64,000 nucleotides of DNA from Parcubacteria group bacterium Gr01-1014_8. Its GTDB lineage: Bacteria; Patescibacteriota; Minisyncoccia; Phycocordibacterales; UBA2100. The notes below the pieces were generated by a model. That model was not told the origin of the DNA, did not search any database, and was given only the letters and a program-made list of their open reading frames with translations. A program made the position numbers and the translations under genes. Every line of letters starts with the position of its first letter. Position 1 is the stretch's first letter. The stretch is taken from the NCBI GenBank assembly GCA_007376385.1, contig VMGC01000001.1, positions 32,001 to 96,000 of the forward strand. The letters are read 5' to 3'. This document shows positions 54,904 to 64,000 of this stretch, in pieces.

Positions 54904-57105
54904 ATGCAAAAGAAGGAATATTCCGTCGAGATCGGCGGAAAAACATTAACAGCTGAATTCAACGATTGGGCGGACCAGGCAAGCGGTTCGGTACTTGTTC
55001 GCTATGGCAACAGCGCAGTATTTGCGACTGCCGTCATGGGAAACAAAGATTCGAACCTTGATTATTTCCCGCTCTCAGTAGAGTACGAGGAAAAATTCTA
55101 TGCGGCAGGCGCTATCTTAGGCAGCCGGTTCATGCGGCGCGAAGGACGTCCATCCGATGAAGCGACGCTTTCAGGACGCATCGTCGACAGAACTATCCGT
55201 CCGCTCTTTCCGAAAGGATTGAAGAGGGATGTACAAGTCATCATCACCGTACTCTCTCTCGAAGATTATGACCCCGATGTGCTCGCCGTGACCGCAGCAT
55301 CGCTCGCACTTGGCACCTCGAACATCCCGTGGAACGGGCCGGTGTCTGCGATTCGCCTCGGCCTTGAAGAGGGAAACGAGGAGTTCATTGTGAACCCGAC
55401 ATACAAACAACGCGAGGAAGAATTGCCGCCAAAAGCGCGCCTCGATCTTCTTGCGTGCGGAAAAGACGGCCTCATCAATATGATAGAAGTCGGTGCGAGA
55501 GAGGTCGGCGAAGATGTGCTTGAGGCTGGATTAAAACGTGCCAGCATAGAGATAGAGCGACTGCAAACATGGCAACAGCAGATAATTGCGGAAAAAGGCG
55601 CCGAAAAAACGACCTTCATCCCGCCATTTCAAGATGACGTGCACCTGGCACCGGCATTCGACGAGATAATCGTCCCGCTTCTGAGCGAAAAGAACGACCG
55701 GCTCGACAAGAAGGATATTGGAAAACTGAAAAGCGAATGGCTCGGCCAAGCTGCTCTTCGATTCGAAGAAATACCTCTCAATCGACTGGAGACATACTAC
55801 GAGCACCGAATGGACCAATACGTGCATGACCTCGCGACAAAAAAAGAAAAACGCGTGGATGGACGCCGGTTTGACCAGGTGCGAGAACTGTATGCGCAGG
55901 CAGGCGGCGTTTCCCCGGTCATTCACGGGACTGGCCTATTCTATAGAGGCGAGACGCACGTTCTCGCCGCGCTCACACTTGGAGGACCAGGAGACGCGCA
56001 GCTCATCGACACCATCGAATACCAAGATGCAAAAAAGCGATTCATGCTCCATTACAACTTTCCTCCCTTCTCTGTCGGAGAAACGGGAAGAGTGGGAGGT
56101 GCAAATCGAAGAATGATAGGGCACGGCGCACTTGCAGAAAAAGCTCTGCGCGCCGTTCTTCCTCAAAAAGAAGTATTTCCCTACACGGTGCGCATCGTAT
56201 CAGAATGCCTTGCGTCAAACGGCTCAACGTCCATGGCGACAGTATGCGCAGGAACGCTCGCGCTGATGGACGCTGGTGTCCCGATCGCAAAACCTGTCGC
56301 CGGTATCGCGATGGGAATGATGAGCGACCCGAAAGCAAAGATATATAAAGTTCTGACTGATATCCAAGGACCCGAAGATCATCATGGCGATATGGATTTT
56401 AAAGTTGCCGGTACCTCAGACGGTGTTACTGCGGTCCAAATGGACGTGAAGGTTGAAGGAGTGCCGATACCAGTACTTGTGGAGGCGTTTGCGCAGGCGA
56501 AAAAAGCACGTCTTGAGATACTGAACGTCATCAAAGAGGCCCTCTTTGAACCGCGAGCAGATATTTCGCCGCGCGCTCCGAAAATAATCACGATGAAAGT
56601 ACAAGTGGATCAGATAGGCCTTGTCATCGGACCGGGAGGAAAGACCATCAATGGCATCCGCGAGCGCACAGGCTGTGAGGACATCACGATAGAAGAAGAC
56701 GGAACCATCTTCATAACTGGCAGGAACGGGACTGCGGAGGCGGCGCATAAAGAGATACACGACCTTACGCGCGAGTACGAACCAGGAGAGCGGTTCGAGG
56801 GTACTGTCACACGACTCATGGACTTCGGAGCATTCGTGAAAATAGGTCCAAATACGGAAGGATTGGTTCATGTGTCGGAGGTCGCACCGTTTCGCATCGA
56901 TGCAATATCCGACGCGGTGCACGTCGGGGACGTTGTTCCGGTCATGCTCAAAGAAATTGACGAGAAAGGACGGTATAATCTCTCCATCAAGGCTGCCGAT
57001 CCGGAGTTTGCTTCAAAGAAGGGGCTGACTCCATCTCAAGGCGGCCCACCACGAGATCATGGCAACGACAGACACAGGAACGAACGGTCCCGACGACGCA
57101 TCTAA
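54904..57105 (+). CDS. pnp: polyribonucleotide nucleotidyltransferase (PNPase)
   Basis: Two RNase PH domains, a KH domain ('GLVIGPGGKTINGIRERTG') and an S1 domain ('GTVTRLMDFGAFVKI'). Length 733 aa. Confidence 0.95.
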   Translation: MQKKEYSVEIGGKTLTAEFNDWADQASGSVLVRYGNSAVFATAVMGNKDSNLDYFPLSVEYEEKFYAAGAILGSRFMRREGRPSDEATLSGRIVDRTIRPLFPKGLKRDVQVIITVLSLEDYDPDVLAVTAASLALGTSNIPWNGPVSAIRLGLEEGNEEFIVNPTYKQREEELPPKARLDLLACGKDGLINMIEVGAREVGEDVLEAGLKRASIEIERLQTWQQQIIAEKGAEKTTFIPPFQDDVHLAPAFDEIIVPLLSEKNDRLDKKDIGKLKSEWLGQAALRFEEIPLNRLETYYEHRMDQYVHDLATKKEKRVDGRRFDQVRELYAQAGGVSPVIHGTGLFYRGETHVLAALTLGGPGDAQLIDTIEYQDAKKRFMLHYNFPPFSVGETGRVGGANRRMIGHGALAEKALRAVLPQKEVFPYTVRIVSECLASNGSTSMATVCAGTLALMDAGVPIAKPVAGIAMGMMSDPKAKIYKVLTDIQGPEDHHGDMDFKVAGTSDGVTAVQMDVKVEGVPIPVLVEAFAQAKKARLEILNVIKEALFEPRADISPRAPKIITMKVQVDQIGLVIGPGGKTINGIRERTGCEDITIEEDGTIFITGRNGTAEAAHKEIHDLTREYEPGERFEGTVTRLMDFGAFVKIGPNTEGLVHVSEVAPFRIDAISDAVHVGDVVPVMLKEIDEKGRYNLSIKAADPEFASKKGLTPSQGGPPRDHGNDRHRNERSRRRI

Positions 57106-58297
57106 GAGTCCTGCTTCGGGAGTGCCGAATATATCTCCCGACAGTGCAAAGAACATTCCCTCGCCATTCCCGCAAACTCCTGTACCAGGAGCATCCTCAC
57201 CGCTGCCAACCGGGACGCCGGGGGAAGGGCCCCCAGGCAAAACGCTACAGACCGATATCGCTCATATACTCGAGGGTGTAAAACTTCCTGAACGAAGAGG
57301 CGCGGCAACAACTCGCGATACGTCAAAGCCTTCCATATATCCCGCGAGCCCTGCGCCAGAGATGGCTGCACCCCCACCGCAAACACAACAACAACCGCTC
57401 GAAAAAAGCTCAGTAACACCGCTCCATACGCTCAAAGATGACCTGCAATCAGTCGTTCGCGATCAAAAGATATCGGTAGTTCACGCAGCGGCGCTTGAAG
57501 AAGACAAGCGTGCAACACAAGCGAGCATCATTGCACACACAAATGTTCATTCCGCCCAGAAAAGACGCGTCGTAAGTACGTTCGCCGTCATTACGGGCCT
57601 CATTGTTCTTGGTCTCCTCGCACTCGGCGCAGTCTTCATGATAATGAACGAGCGCGCAGGAACTACCGCGACGGAGGTCTTTTCGACCGATTCACTACTT
57701 TTCTCTGAACAAACGATACCGTTCCCGATACAAAACAGAAGCGCCGCAGAATTAAAGCGCTTACTTGCAGATGCCAGGGTCTCGGCAAGCTTAACGCTCG
57801 GGGCCATCACGCGGATAGCGCCTATCGTCGAAGACACGAACCTCGAAACGGGGGAGGTAACGGAGAGACTTGCGACAACTGAAGAATTCTTGGATGCACT
57901 CCGCGCTCAAGCCCCCGAAGAACTCGTGCGCGCACTGGGCAGTGAATTCTTTTTTGGGTTTCATACAGTGGATGAGAATGCCCCTGTACTTATCATCCCC
58001 GTAACGTCATATGAGCGCGCGTTCGCAGGTATGCTCCTCTGGGAAGACATGATCAATACAGAACTCTCGCCTGTATTCACAGCAGTTCCATCGCTCATAC
58101 AAGAAAATGGCTTGCTGAAAAAGCGAACCTTCAAGGACCTCGTGATGCGCAACTACGACGTGCGCGCCCTCACAGACGATAAAGGCGAAGTGCAACTATA
58201 TTATTCTTTCCCGACAAGGGAACTGCTCGTCATCGCAGAAAGCTCTTTCTCATTCACGGAGATCCTTTCGCGCTTGCGCGCAGATAGACGTTTGTAG
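57059..58297 (+). CDS. hypothetical membrane protein (Pro-rich N-terminus, single TM)
   Basis: It overlaps the pnp 3' end by 47 nt. TM helix 'VVSTFAVITGLIVLGLLALGAVFMIM'. The start is uncertain. Confidence 0.45.
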   Translation: MATTDTGTNGPDDASKSPASGVPNISPDSAKNIPSPFPQTPVPGASSPLPTGTPGEGPPGKTLQTDIAHILEGVKLPERRGAATTRDTSKPSIYPASPAPEMAAPPPQTQQQPLEKSSVTPLHTLKDDLQSVVRDQKISVVHAAALEEDKRATQASIIAHTNVHSAQKRRVVSTFAVITGLIVLGLLALGAVFMIMNERAGTTATEVFSTDSLLFSEQTIPFPIQNRSAAELKRLLADARVSASLTLGAITRIAPIVEDTNLETGEVTERLATTEEFLDALRAQAPEELVRALGSEFFFGFHTVDENAPVLIIPVTSYERAFAGMLLWEDMINTELSPVFTAVPSLIQENGLLKKRTFKDLVMRNYDVRALTDDKGEVQLYYSFPTRELLVIAESSFSFTEILSRLRADRRL

Positions 58298-58327
58298 CTC
58301 CCTCGTATTTCCGGTACTATTCTACCT

Positions 58328-58687
58328 ATGCAACATTTTTCAAAAGAAGACGCACAAGAATTGCGCAGCGCACTCGAAGCAGAAAAAAATAATCTCGAAC
58401 AGGAACTCCGAGAGCACGGGAAAAAACAAGGCGGCGACTGGCAGGGAACAGCTGCGGGCTTTTCGGGGAACGAACCTGATGAAACAGATCTCGCCGATAC
58501 AATGGAGGAGCTCGCAACAAACGTCCCGCTTGTCGAAGCCCTTGAAGCGCGCTTAAAAGATGTTATGGATGCCCTCGCAAAAATGGACAGCGGCACATAT
58601 GGCATCTGCGAAAAAACAGGCAAGCCCATCCCTATCGCTCGGCTTCGCGCAAACCCAGCAGCACGCACGCACGTTGAACACTCCTAA
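58328..58687 (+). CDS. DksA/TraR-family protein (YteA-like)
   Basis: Coiled-coil N-terminus plus C-terminal 'GTYGICEKTGKPIPIARLRANPAARTHVE', a DksA/TraR-type motif. Only one Cys is retained. Confidence 0.55.
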   Translation: MQHFSKEDAQELRSALEAEKNNLEQELREHGKKQGGDWQGTAAGFSGNEPDETDLADTMEELATNVPLVEALEARLKDVMDALAKMDSGTYGICEKTGKPIPIARLRANPAARTHVEHS

Positions 58688-58691
58688 GTCT

Positions 58692-60218
58692 ATGTCCTTT
58701 GCGCGAGTGTTCGGTGCACAGCCGTCCTTGCCCAAAGCGCATATTGTGAGCGTCGAGGCGGACCTTGCTCGCGGCCTGCACACATTTTCCATCGTAGGTC
58801 TCCCGGATAAAGCAGTCGAGGAAGCACGAGACAGGGTCGCGTCTGCTATAAAGAACAGCGGTCTTGTTTCCCCCAAAAGTCTCAATAAAAAAATAGTCAT
58901 ATCGCTTGCACCGGCCGAACTCAAGAAAGAAGGCTCGACATTCGACCTGCCCGTCGCGCTTTCTTATCTTCACGCAGCTGCAGATATTTCGTTTGACCCT
59001 GCGGGGAAGATGTTCGCTGGCGAAGTCGCGCTCGACGGAACACTGAATCCTATCCGAGGCGCGCTTTCCATAGCGCTTGCAGCTCGGGAAGGAGGATTCA
59101 AGGAGCTATTTCTACCCGATGCGAACGCGGAAGAAGCAGCGCTCGTCTCCTCCATCACCATTTATCCCGTACGAACACTCGGCGACGTACTCAAACACCT
59201 GTCGAAAGACGACTTCACACTGCCCGTGTATAAAAGACGGCACGCAAAACCAGTATTAGATGAGAGCGAGGGTCCGACACTGGATGACATCCGCGGACAA
59301 GAAAGCGCGAAAAGGGGACTCGAGATAGCATCGGCAGGACGACACAATATCGCTCTCTATGGCCCGCCGGGAACAGGTAAAACAATGCTTGCGCGCGCAG
59401 CGAGGGAACTTCTGCCAGACCTCTCCCTCGATGAGACCATCGAGGTTACTGCGATCCATTCGCTTGCTGGGACGTTATCGGGGGGACCCGTGTTTCGACC
59501 GCCGTTTCGCTCGCCTCATCACACATCGTCGTACGCGTCGCTCATCGGCGGCGGCTCCGTACCACGACCAGGAGAAGTCACGCTCGCGCATCGCGGCGTT
59601 CTTTTCCTCGATGAATTCGCGGAGTTTCATCGTGACGTCGTAAATGCACTGCGTGAGCCCCTGGAAGATAAGGTTGTATCCGTGGCACGCGCTCGAGCAT
59701 CGAGCATCTTTCCTGCAAATTTTATGCTCATTGCCGCTCTGAATCCGTGCCCATGCGGACACCTTGGAACAGCGAGGTGTGAATGTTTGCCGCACAACGT
59801 GGAAAAATACAAACGCAAAATTTCTGGCCCCGTTGCAGACAGAATCGATATGTGGGTACAGGTTGGAGACATGCCGCCGGAAGCTCTGACCAAAAAAGCG
59901 AAAAAGGCGAGCGGAGAGGGAGAGAGGACCCGCACGCACATTTCCAGAGCGCGAGAAATCCAGCAGCAGCGATTTAGGGACACTAAAGGGCTTACGACAA
60001 ATGCTGATATGAAAGCAAAACATATAGAAACACATGCAGACCTTTCCGAAAAAGCGGAACAGACACTCGTTGAGGCTGCGCGCCGGCTCAAACTATCGCC
60101 TCGCGGCTTCCATCGAACGATCAAATTGGCGCGCACCATCGCCGATCTTTCTGAGAGCAAAACTATCGAACCCTCTCATATGCTGGAGGCACTGCAGTAT
60201 CGGGTGAGAGAACTTTAA
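58692..60218 (+). CDS. comM: YifB/ComM-family Mg-chelatase-like AAA+ ATPase
   Basis: Start at MSFARVFGAQ. 'VEADLARGLHTFSIVGLPDKAVEEARDRV' in a Lon-like N-domain, Walker A 'GPPGTGKTMLA', 'VLFLDEFAEF' and a C4 Zn motif 'CPCGHLGTARCEC'. Confidence 0.9.
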   Translation: MSFARVFGAQPSLPKAHIVSVEADLARGLHTFSIVGLPDKAVEEARDRVASAIKNSGLVSPKSLNKKIVISLAPAELKKEGSTFDLPVALSYLHAAADISFDPAGKMFAGEVALDGTLNPIRGALSIALAAREGGFKELFLPDANAEEAALVSSITIYPVRTLGDVLKHLSKDDFTLPVYKRRHAKPVLDESEGPTLDDIRGQESAKRGLEIASAGRHNIALYGPPGTGKTMLARAARELLPDLSLDETIEVTAIHSLAGTLSGGPVFRPPFRSPHHTSSYASLIGGGSVPRPGEVTLAHRGVLFLDEFAEFHRDVVNALREPLEDKVVSVARARASSIFPANFMLIAALNPCPCGHLGTARCECLPHNVEKYKRKISGPVADRIDMWVQVGDMPPEALTKKAKKASGEGERTRTHISRAREIQQQRFRDTKGLTTNADMKAKHIETHADLSEKAEQTLVEAARRLKLSPRGFHRTIKLARTIADLSESKTIEPSHMLEALQYRVREL

Positions 60219-60535
60219 ACTTTACGCAGGAATTTTTCACTCGCAGCCGCGTCGATAGCCTCCTCCTCTTGTTCTATGTCTGCCAAGAGTTGCGTCGTCG
60301 GCTCGAAACCAGCAGGCAATGCGCCACTCAGGATCGCTTCTATTTCACCGATAGCGCCCGAAAGCTTTGCTTGTTGGGCGTCTATAGCGCCGTTGACCTC
60401 ATCTACCGCTCTCACAATATTTCCGATGCGTAGACGTCTTTCAGCTCGAAGACTTTCGGTTGCAGTTCTGATGTCGGCTAAGAGCCTCTCCGGTGTATCG
60501 TCTGCTGGGGGAACGTATATTTCTTGTGCTTTCAT
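60215..60535 (-). CDS. hypothetical protein (helical, acidic)
   Basis: Start taken at M19, placing the ATG 4 nt after the upstream gene's stop. No recognisable domain. Confidence 0.4.
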   Translation of the reverse strand: MKAQEIYVPPADDTPERLLADIRTATESLRAERRLRIGNIVRAVDEVNGAIDAQQAKLSGAIGEIEAILSGALPAGFEPTTQLLADIEQEEEAIDAAASEKFLRKV

Positions 60536-60539
60536 ATTA

Positions 60540-61781
60540 TTATGCGGCCTTTTGTTTTTCCTTAAACGCTTCTTTCTCCTCGGCAACACCCATATCAGTG
60601 ATGCCTGATATCACATCTTGGAAATTAACATCGTACAATTCGTGCAGTTTTTTCCCGAACTCAACCAGTGTTAATTCTGTGTCATTGTTCGCTCCGAAGA
60701 TCTTTTTTCCCTTGTCTCCTATCTTATTCTTAGGCGAATCCTCATTTATGCGGTTCCATGCATCGATGAGATTGTCCCTCCCGAATGGTTCTGTCACAAA
60801 TGAAGCATTTTTGAATCGAACCTGCATCAATTCTTTCAAGCTCGCTTCAATATCTGTATTTTCTCTGCCGAGAAGTTCCGCAATTTCCTTGTAGTACTGG
60901 TCGCCTCTTTCTCCAGCTTCTTTCTGCGGGGTGACGCGAGTGCCATCTGGCCCACGCCCTCCTTTTCTTCGCCTCGCATCTTTCAAGTTAACAACTTCCC
61001 CTCCCTTGGACCCAGCGGCCGCGCCAGGCTTCGGCGCTTCTGCTTTCCTTTCTGCAGCAGACGTATCAAATAAGCCGTTCTTTGCAATCTCACCATTACG
61101 CTTTGCCCATCTCGCTGCAGAGCCATGTCGAGCATCCCACTTATCAATCCGAGCACTTGTTGAATCAAGGATGGTATCCACGTCCCTAATATTTTTCTCT
61201 GTGATATTCATTTCGTCTGCGAGTATTGCCATACCTTCTACGATCTGGCGCCTTATATCAGGATTCGCATAGTCCCGTTTTTGTACCAGCGCATCATACC
61301 GGGCCTGAAATTTGACGAATTTCGCACGCTGCTCCGTAAGTTTCGTATCCAATGTACCTCTTTCCTCTCTGCTGGCTTTTATTTTCTCCCTCTGTGTTCC
61401 CATTTCGAGCGGCTCTTTCAACTTTTCTCCATACTTTCGATCCATCACGCCTGCAACGTCGCGCCGCCTGCCTCCCAGTTTCGTTATTCTGTCTATGTGG
61501 GCATTCCGCCTTCTGGTGAGTTCGACAATGCTTGCGGCATCACCACCCTTTTCATTAATCCCATTGATCTGCGCACCGATCGCATCCGCCTCAAGTTGAG
61601 AGTTACCGATCTTCTTTCCAAGACTCTCGACTCTCATACCTGCAATCCAACGCACCCCTGGCGCATCTTGATTCTTGATGCGCTGCCATGTTTTAGTCTC
61701 TCCGATGACCTCCGCGGCTTTTGTTACCGCATCCACGGTGGCATCTTTTGCTCGTTTCACCATCTGTAGCGGACGAATCAT
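60540..61781 (-). CDS. hypothetical highly charged coiled-coil protein (413 aa)
   Basis: K/R/E/D-rich with no TM helix, no signal peptide and no motif I can recognise. It appears to form an operon with the 60215 gene. Confidence 0.45.
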   Translation of the reverse strand: MIRPLQMVKRAKDATVDAVTKAAEVIGETKTWQRIKNQDAPGVRWIAGMRVESLGKKIGNSQLEADAIGAQINGINEKGGDAASIVELTRRRNAHIDRITKLGGRRRDVAGVMDRKYGEKLKEPLEMGTQREKIKASREERGTLDTKLTEQRAKFVKFQARYDALVQKRDYANPDIRRQIVEGMAILADEMNITEKNIRDVDTILDSTSARIDKWDARHGSAARWAKRNGEIAKNGLFDTSAAERKAEAPKPGAAAGSKGGEVVNLKDARRRKGGRGPDGTRVTPQKEAGERGDQYYKEIAELLGRENTDIEASLKELMQVRFKNASFVTEPFGRDNLIDAWNRINEDSPKNKIGDKGKKIFGANNDTELTLVEFGKKLHELYDVNFQDVISGITDMGVAEEKEAFKEKQKAA

Positions 61782-61874
61782 ACCGTTTCCAGCATTCTAC
61801 ACTAGAAAAAACCCGGATCATCCCGCGTGTGCAAAAAATACTCGATGCATATGCGGCTCAACGACCGGACGAAA

Positions 61875-62891
61875 TCAAATACCGTCCTTATTCTCAGAGA
61901 AGAACAATTTGGAGCGAGGAATGCCGAGCGACGCAAGTCTTTTTTGGAGAAACGATTTCATCTCCCTTTCGCTCTTGAAGGGCATGACTCCCCCATTGTC
62001 TACAACTGCCCACGCGCCAACGGCGCGGAGCACATCTACCTTATTGAACACGACATGCGTTACGGCATTCATGCGGATAGCGCGCTCAAGAAGCTGCATG
62101 TCCATCCAGTTTGTTTGCCGACGGCGTCCAGTTGTAGCGCCAAATTCTTCACCTGCGTCAGCAATTTTATTGAACACCTCGCCTTCAGGCTGGAATTTTT
62201 TCTTACCGACATAGGTCTCGTACATTTTTGCGACCCCCCACACTTCCTTCACCGCAGAGTGAGGTACACCGTTCAAAATTGCTCCCCCTACCGTGCAGTG
62301 ACTTGAAGTCACGTATGGATAATCACCCCAGTCGATGTCGAGACCGAATCCTTGGGCGCCTTCGGCGAGCACTTTGACTGCTTTTGTGCCGCCAAACCAC
62401 GCATCATACAGATCAATGAGATAGGGCTTTAGTTCCGGAACATGTTCTGCTCGAATACCAGTCCGGGCAAATTTATCTCGGTACGCAGGACCATTTCCTT
62501 GCCCCGTGGTCCCTACTTTCGTATCTTTGTTATCCTCTGCTTTATGTGCATCGGTGATAATGTGCACATTGTTCGCGACAAAAACAGTATCTCTCGCTTT
62601 TATGCCGCCATCTTCAAGGCCTTGTATCTCTTTTAGGAATTTTTCGGGATCTACGACGCAACCCGGACCAATAACTGATGGGGTTCCTGCAAATACCCCG
62701 GCAGGAACATGGTGTGTCACGAATTTCCTTCCTTTATGGAAAATTGTGTGACCCGCATTGCATCCGCCGTTGTAGCGAAGGACGTGGGTATATTTCCTCG
62801 TTGTGCAGAGATAGTGGGCTACTTTACCCTTACCGCAGTCTCCATATTGGAGATCCACGATGACATCCATCGAAACCGGATTTTTCGACAT
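61875..62891 (-). CDS. purA: adenylosuccinate synthetase (short form)
   Basis: 'VIVDLQYGDCGKGK' (P-loop), 'YNGGCNAGHT' and 'GTTGQGNGPAY'. The start is ambiguous among M20, M23 and M30 of the ORF. Confidence 0.85.
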   Translation of the reverse strand: MSKNPVSMDVIVDLQYGDCGKGKVAHYLCTTRKYTHVLRYNGGCNAGHTIFHKGRKFVTHHVPAGVFAGTPSVIGPGCVVDPEKFLKEIQGLEDGGIKARDTVFVANNVHIITDAHKAEDNKDTKVGTTGQGNGPAYRDKFARTGIRAEHVPELKPYLIDLYDAWFGGTKAVKVLAEGAQGFGLDIDWGDYPYVTSSHCTVGGAILNGVPHSAVKEVWGVAKMYETYVGKKKFQPEGEVFNKIADAGEEFGATTGRRRQTNWMDMQLLERAIRMNAVTHVVFNKVDVLRAVGAWAVVDNGGVMPFKSEREMKSFLQKRLASLGIPRSKLFFSENKDGI

Positions 62892-62993
62892 CTGCCTCAT
62901 GATAACAGGCAGATCGAACGCGAGCAAATTTTTCGCTTTAGCAAAAGAGACGCACAAGGAGAAGCAGATGTTGCATCAGTTGCGGATACATAT

Positions 62994-63986
62994 TTAGAAG
63001 GGATTCCTCGGACCGCCACGGATCTCAAAGTGAACATGAGCGCCTGTCGACCGGCCGGTCGAGCCGACGTACCCGATGACTTGTCCTTGCACTACATGCT
63101 GGCCAACCCCGATGATGAGACTCGAAGCATGAGCATAGAGCGTTTGCGTGCCGTTGTCATGCTTGATGACAACGTACTCACCATACCCGCCGTTCCAACC
63201 AGTACCTTTAGAAACGATGACATCGCCAGGAGCAGATGCAAGGATTGGGGTCCCAGCAGGAGCCGCAAGGTCAACACCGTTATACCCGTGTATGCCCTGA
63301 GAACGGATGCCACCAACGATAGGTCGAAGATAGTACCCTGCGTATTGTGCAGAACTGCCTCCCGACGCTGATAATTTTGGAGTGGCCACCCGAGGCGCCG
63401 ATGCCAATTCACCGTCCGGAATGATGATCTCATCGCCCAACGTCAGCGACGAAGCCGCAATGCCGTTGAAATTTGCAATTTCATCCGCATCGCCATGGAA
63501 TACTTTAGCAATAGAAGCAAGCGTATCTCCCTTCTTAACTTTGTATTTAATACCCGTTACCGGAAGTATGGTTAGGGTCTGGCCGACTCGAATGGTGCCG
63601 CTTGCAGAGATATCGTTGGCCCATTTAATGGTATTCATCGACACGTCAAACATCTCTGCAATCTCCGAAAGCGTGTTGCCTTCCTGCACAACATATATGC
63701 TGATGGATTGATTCTTCGTCTTTACAATGTCCGCTATGGTGCCCGATGGACCTTCATCCGGAAGAAGCGCCGAATCATCGACAACGGTTACGTCACCACC
63801 GCCTTTAGATGGATTAGGGTCAATGTTCATTGCCGCTTTGGGAAGCGGCAACGTTTGTAGGTTCGGGATATTTTGTTCGAGGGCTTCGGCTTTCTTCTCT
63901 TGTGTCATGCTCTCTGTCATCGAGATAAGAAAGCTCCCAACTTTGCCTGCTCCCTCGGATAAGATGCCCAACATAGACGCATGCAC
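62994..63986 (-). CDS. LysM-domain M23-family peptidoglycan endopeptidase
   Basis: Two LysM repeats ('YVVQEGNTLSEIAEMFDVSMNTIKWAN' and 'YKVKKGDTLASIAKVFHGDADEIANFN') plus an M23 core ('HGYNGVDLAAPAGTPILA...GYGEYVVIKHDNGTQTLYAHASS...GYVGSTGRSTGAHVHFEIR'). The start lies 14 nt from the window edge, so the N-terminus may be incomplete. Confidence 0.85.
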   Translation of the reverse strand: MHASMLGILSEGAGKVGSFLISMTESMTQEKKAEALEQNIPNLQTLPLPKAAMNIDPNPSKGGGDVTVVDDSALLPDEGPSGTIADIVKTKNQSISIYVVQEGNTLSEIAEMFDVSMNTIKWANDISASGTIRVGQTLTILPVTGIKYKVKKGDTLASIAKVFHGDADEIANFNGIAASSLTLGDEIIIPDGELASAPRVATPKLSASGGSSAQYAGYYLRPIVGGIRSQGIHGYNGVDLAAPAGTPILASAPGDVIVSKGTGWNGGYGEYVVIKHDNGTQTLYAHASSLIIGVGQHVVQGQVIGYVGSTGRSTGAHVHFEIRGGPRNPF

Positions 63987-64000
63987 CGTACTCGGCAGCA

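Noticed and set aside
58560-58691. Extension of comM over the end of the dksA-like gene
   Set aside because: Homology to YifB/ComM begins at MSFARVF (58692).
1-64000. CRISPR arrays, rRNA genes, IS elements/transposases, toxin-antitoxin pairs
   Set aside because: I saw no regularly spaced direct repeats, no rRNA-like conserved blocks and no DDE or serine-recombinase transposase ORFs. The only mobile elements supported are the intein and the possible att-like tRNA fragment.

Overview
This 64 kb window looks like one bacterial chromosomal segment at roughly 50% GC with densely packed genes on both strands. My lineage guess is a Patescibacteria/CPR-like organism, based on a reduced trigger factor, a pilus-rich surface, many small secreted proteins and a patchy biosynthetic complement. 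Confidence in that guess is low.

Housekeeping content I can support from the sequence: comEC (partial, runs off the 5' edge), mscL, rnhA, recJ, a HIT protein, pgk, tpiA, nusA, ppa, tig, an ECF sigma/anti-sigma pair, clpP, rny, a prephenate dehydratase domain, hup, a trypsin-like S1 protease, yraN, cca, xth, metA, rarA, an FKBP isomerase, rpsO, pnp, a DksA/TraR-like protein, comM, purA and a LysM-M23 peptidase. There are four tRNAs, none with an encoded CCA: Gly-TCC, Pro-TGG, Gly-GCC and Arg-TCG.

Four accessory regions stand out.
1. At 5.2-13.8 kb sits an array of five paralogous secreted proteins. They share a signal peptide, a Leu/Gln-rich coiled-coil helix and, in four of the five, a peptidoglycan-binding-like domain. 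Their C-termini differ: Cys-rich modules, PKD/Ig-like domains, two Kazal-like domains, and a LamG domain with a long poly-Gly tail.
2. Directly next to it at 16.7-24.9 kb is a type IV pilus operon (pilB, pilC, a 734 aa pilin-like giant protein, a pilin, a PilX-like protein and a secreted protein). The giant protein has a roughly 160 aa GNAT-like extension in front of its prepilin cleavage motif.
3. At 40.8-48.1 kb is a liv-type ABC transporter with two substrate-binding proteins and two TrmB-family regulators, with palindromic operator candidates over its promoters.
4. At 48.1-50.4 kb a xerC/D-family tyrosine recombinase is interrupted by a 422 aa LAGLIDADG intein placed exactly at the catalytic RH|S motif.

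Smaller oddities: a NYN nuclease gene between rpsO and pnp, a nested-hairpin structured element after cca, a tRNA-like 3' fragment beside an HTH-protein gene flanked by tRNAs, and direct repeats upstream of rny. I saw no CRISPR array, no rRNA and no clear transposase.
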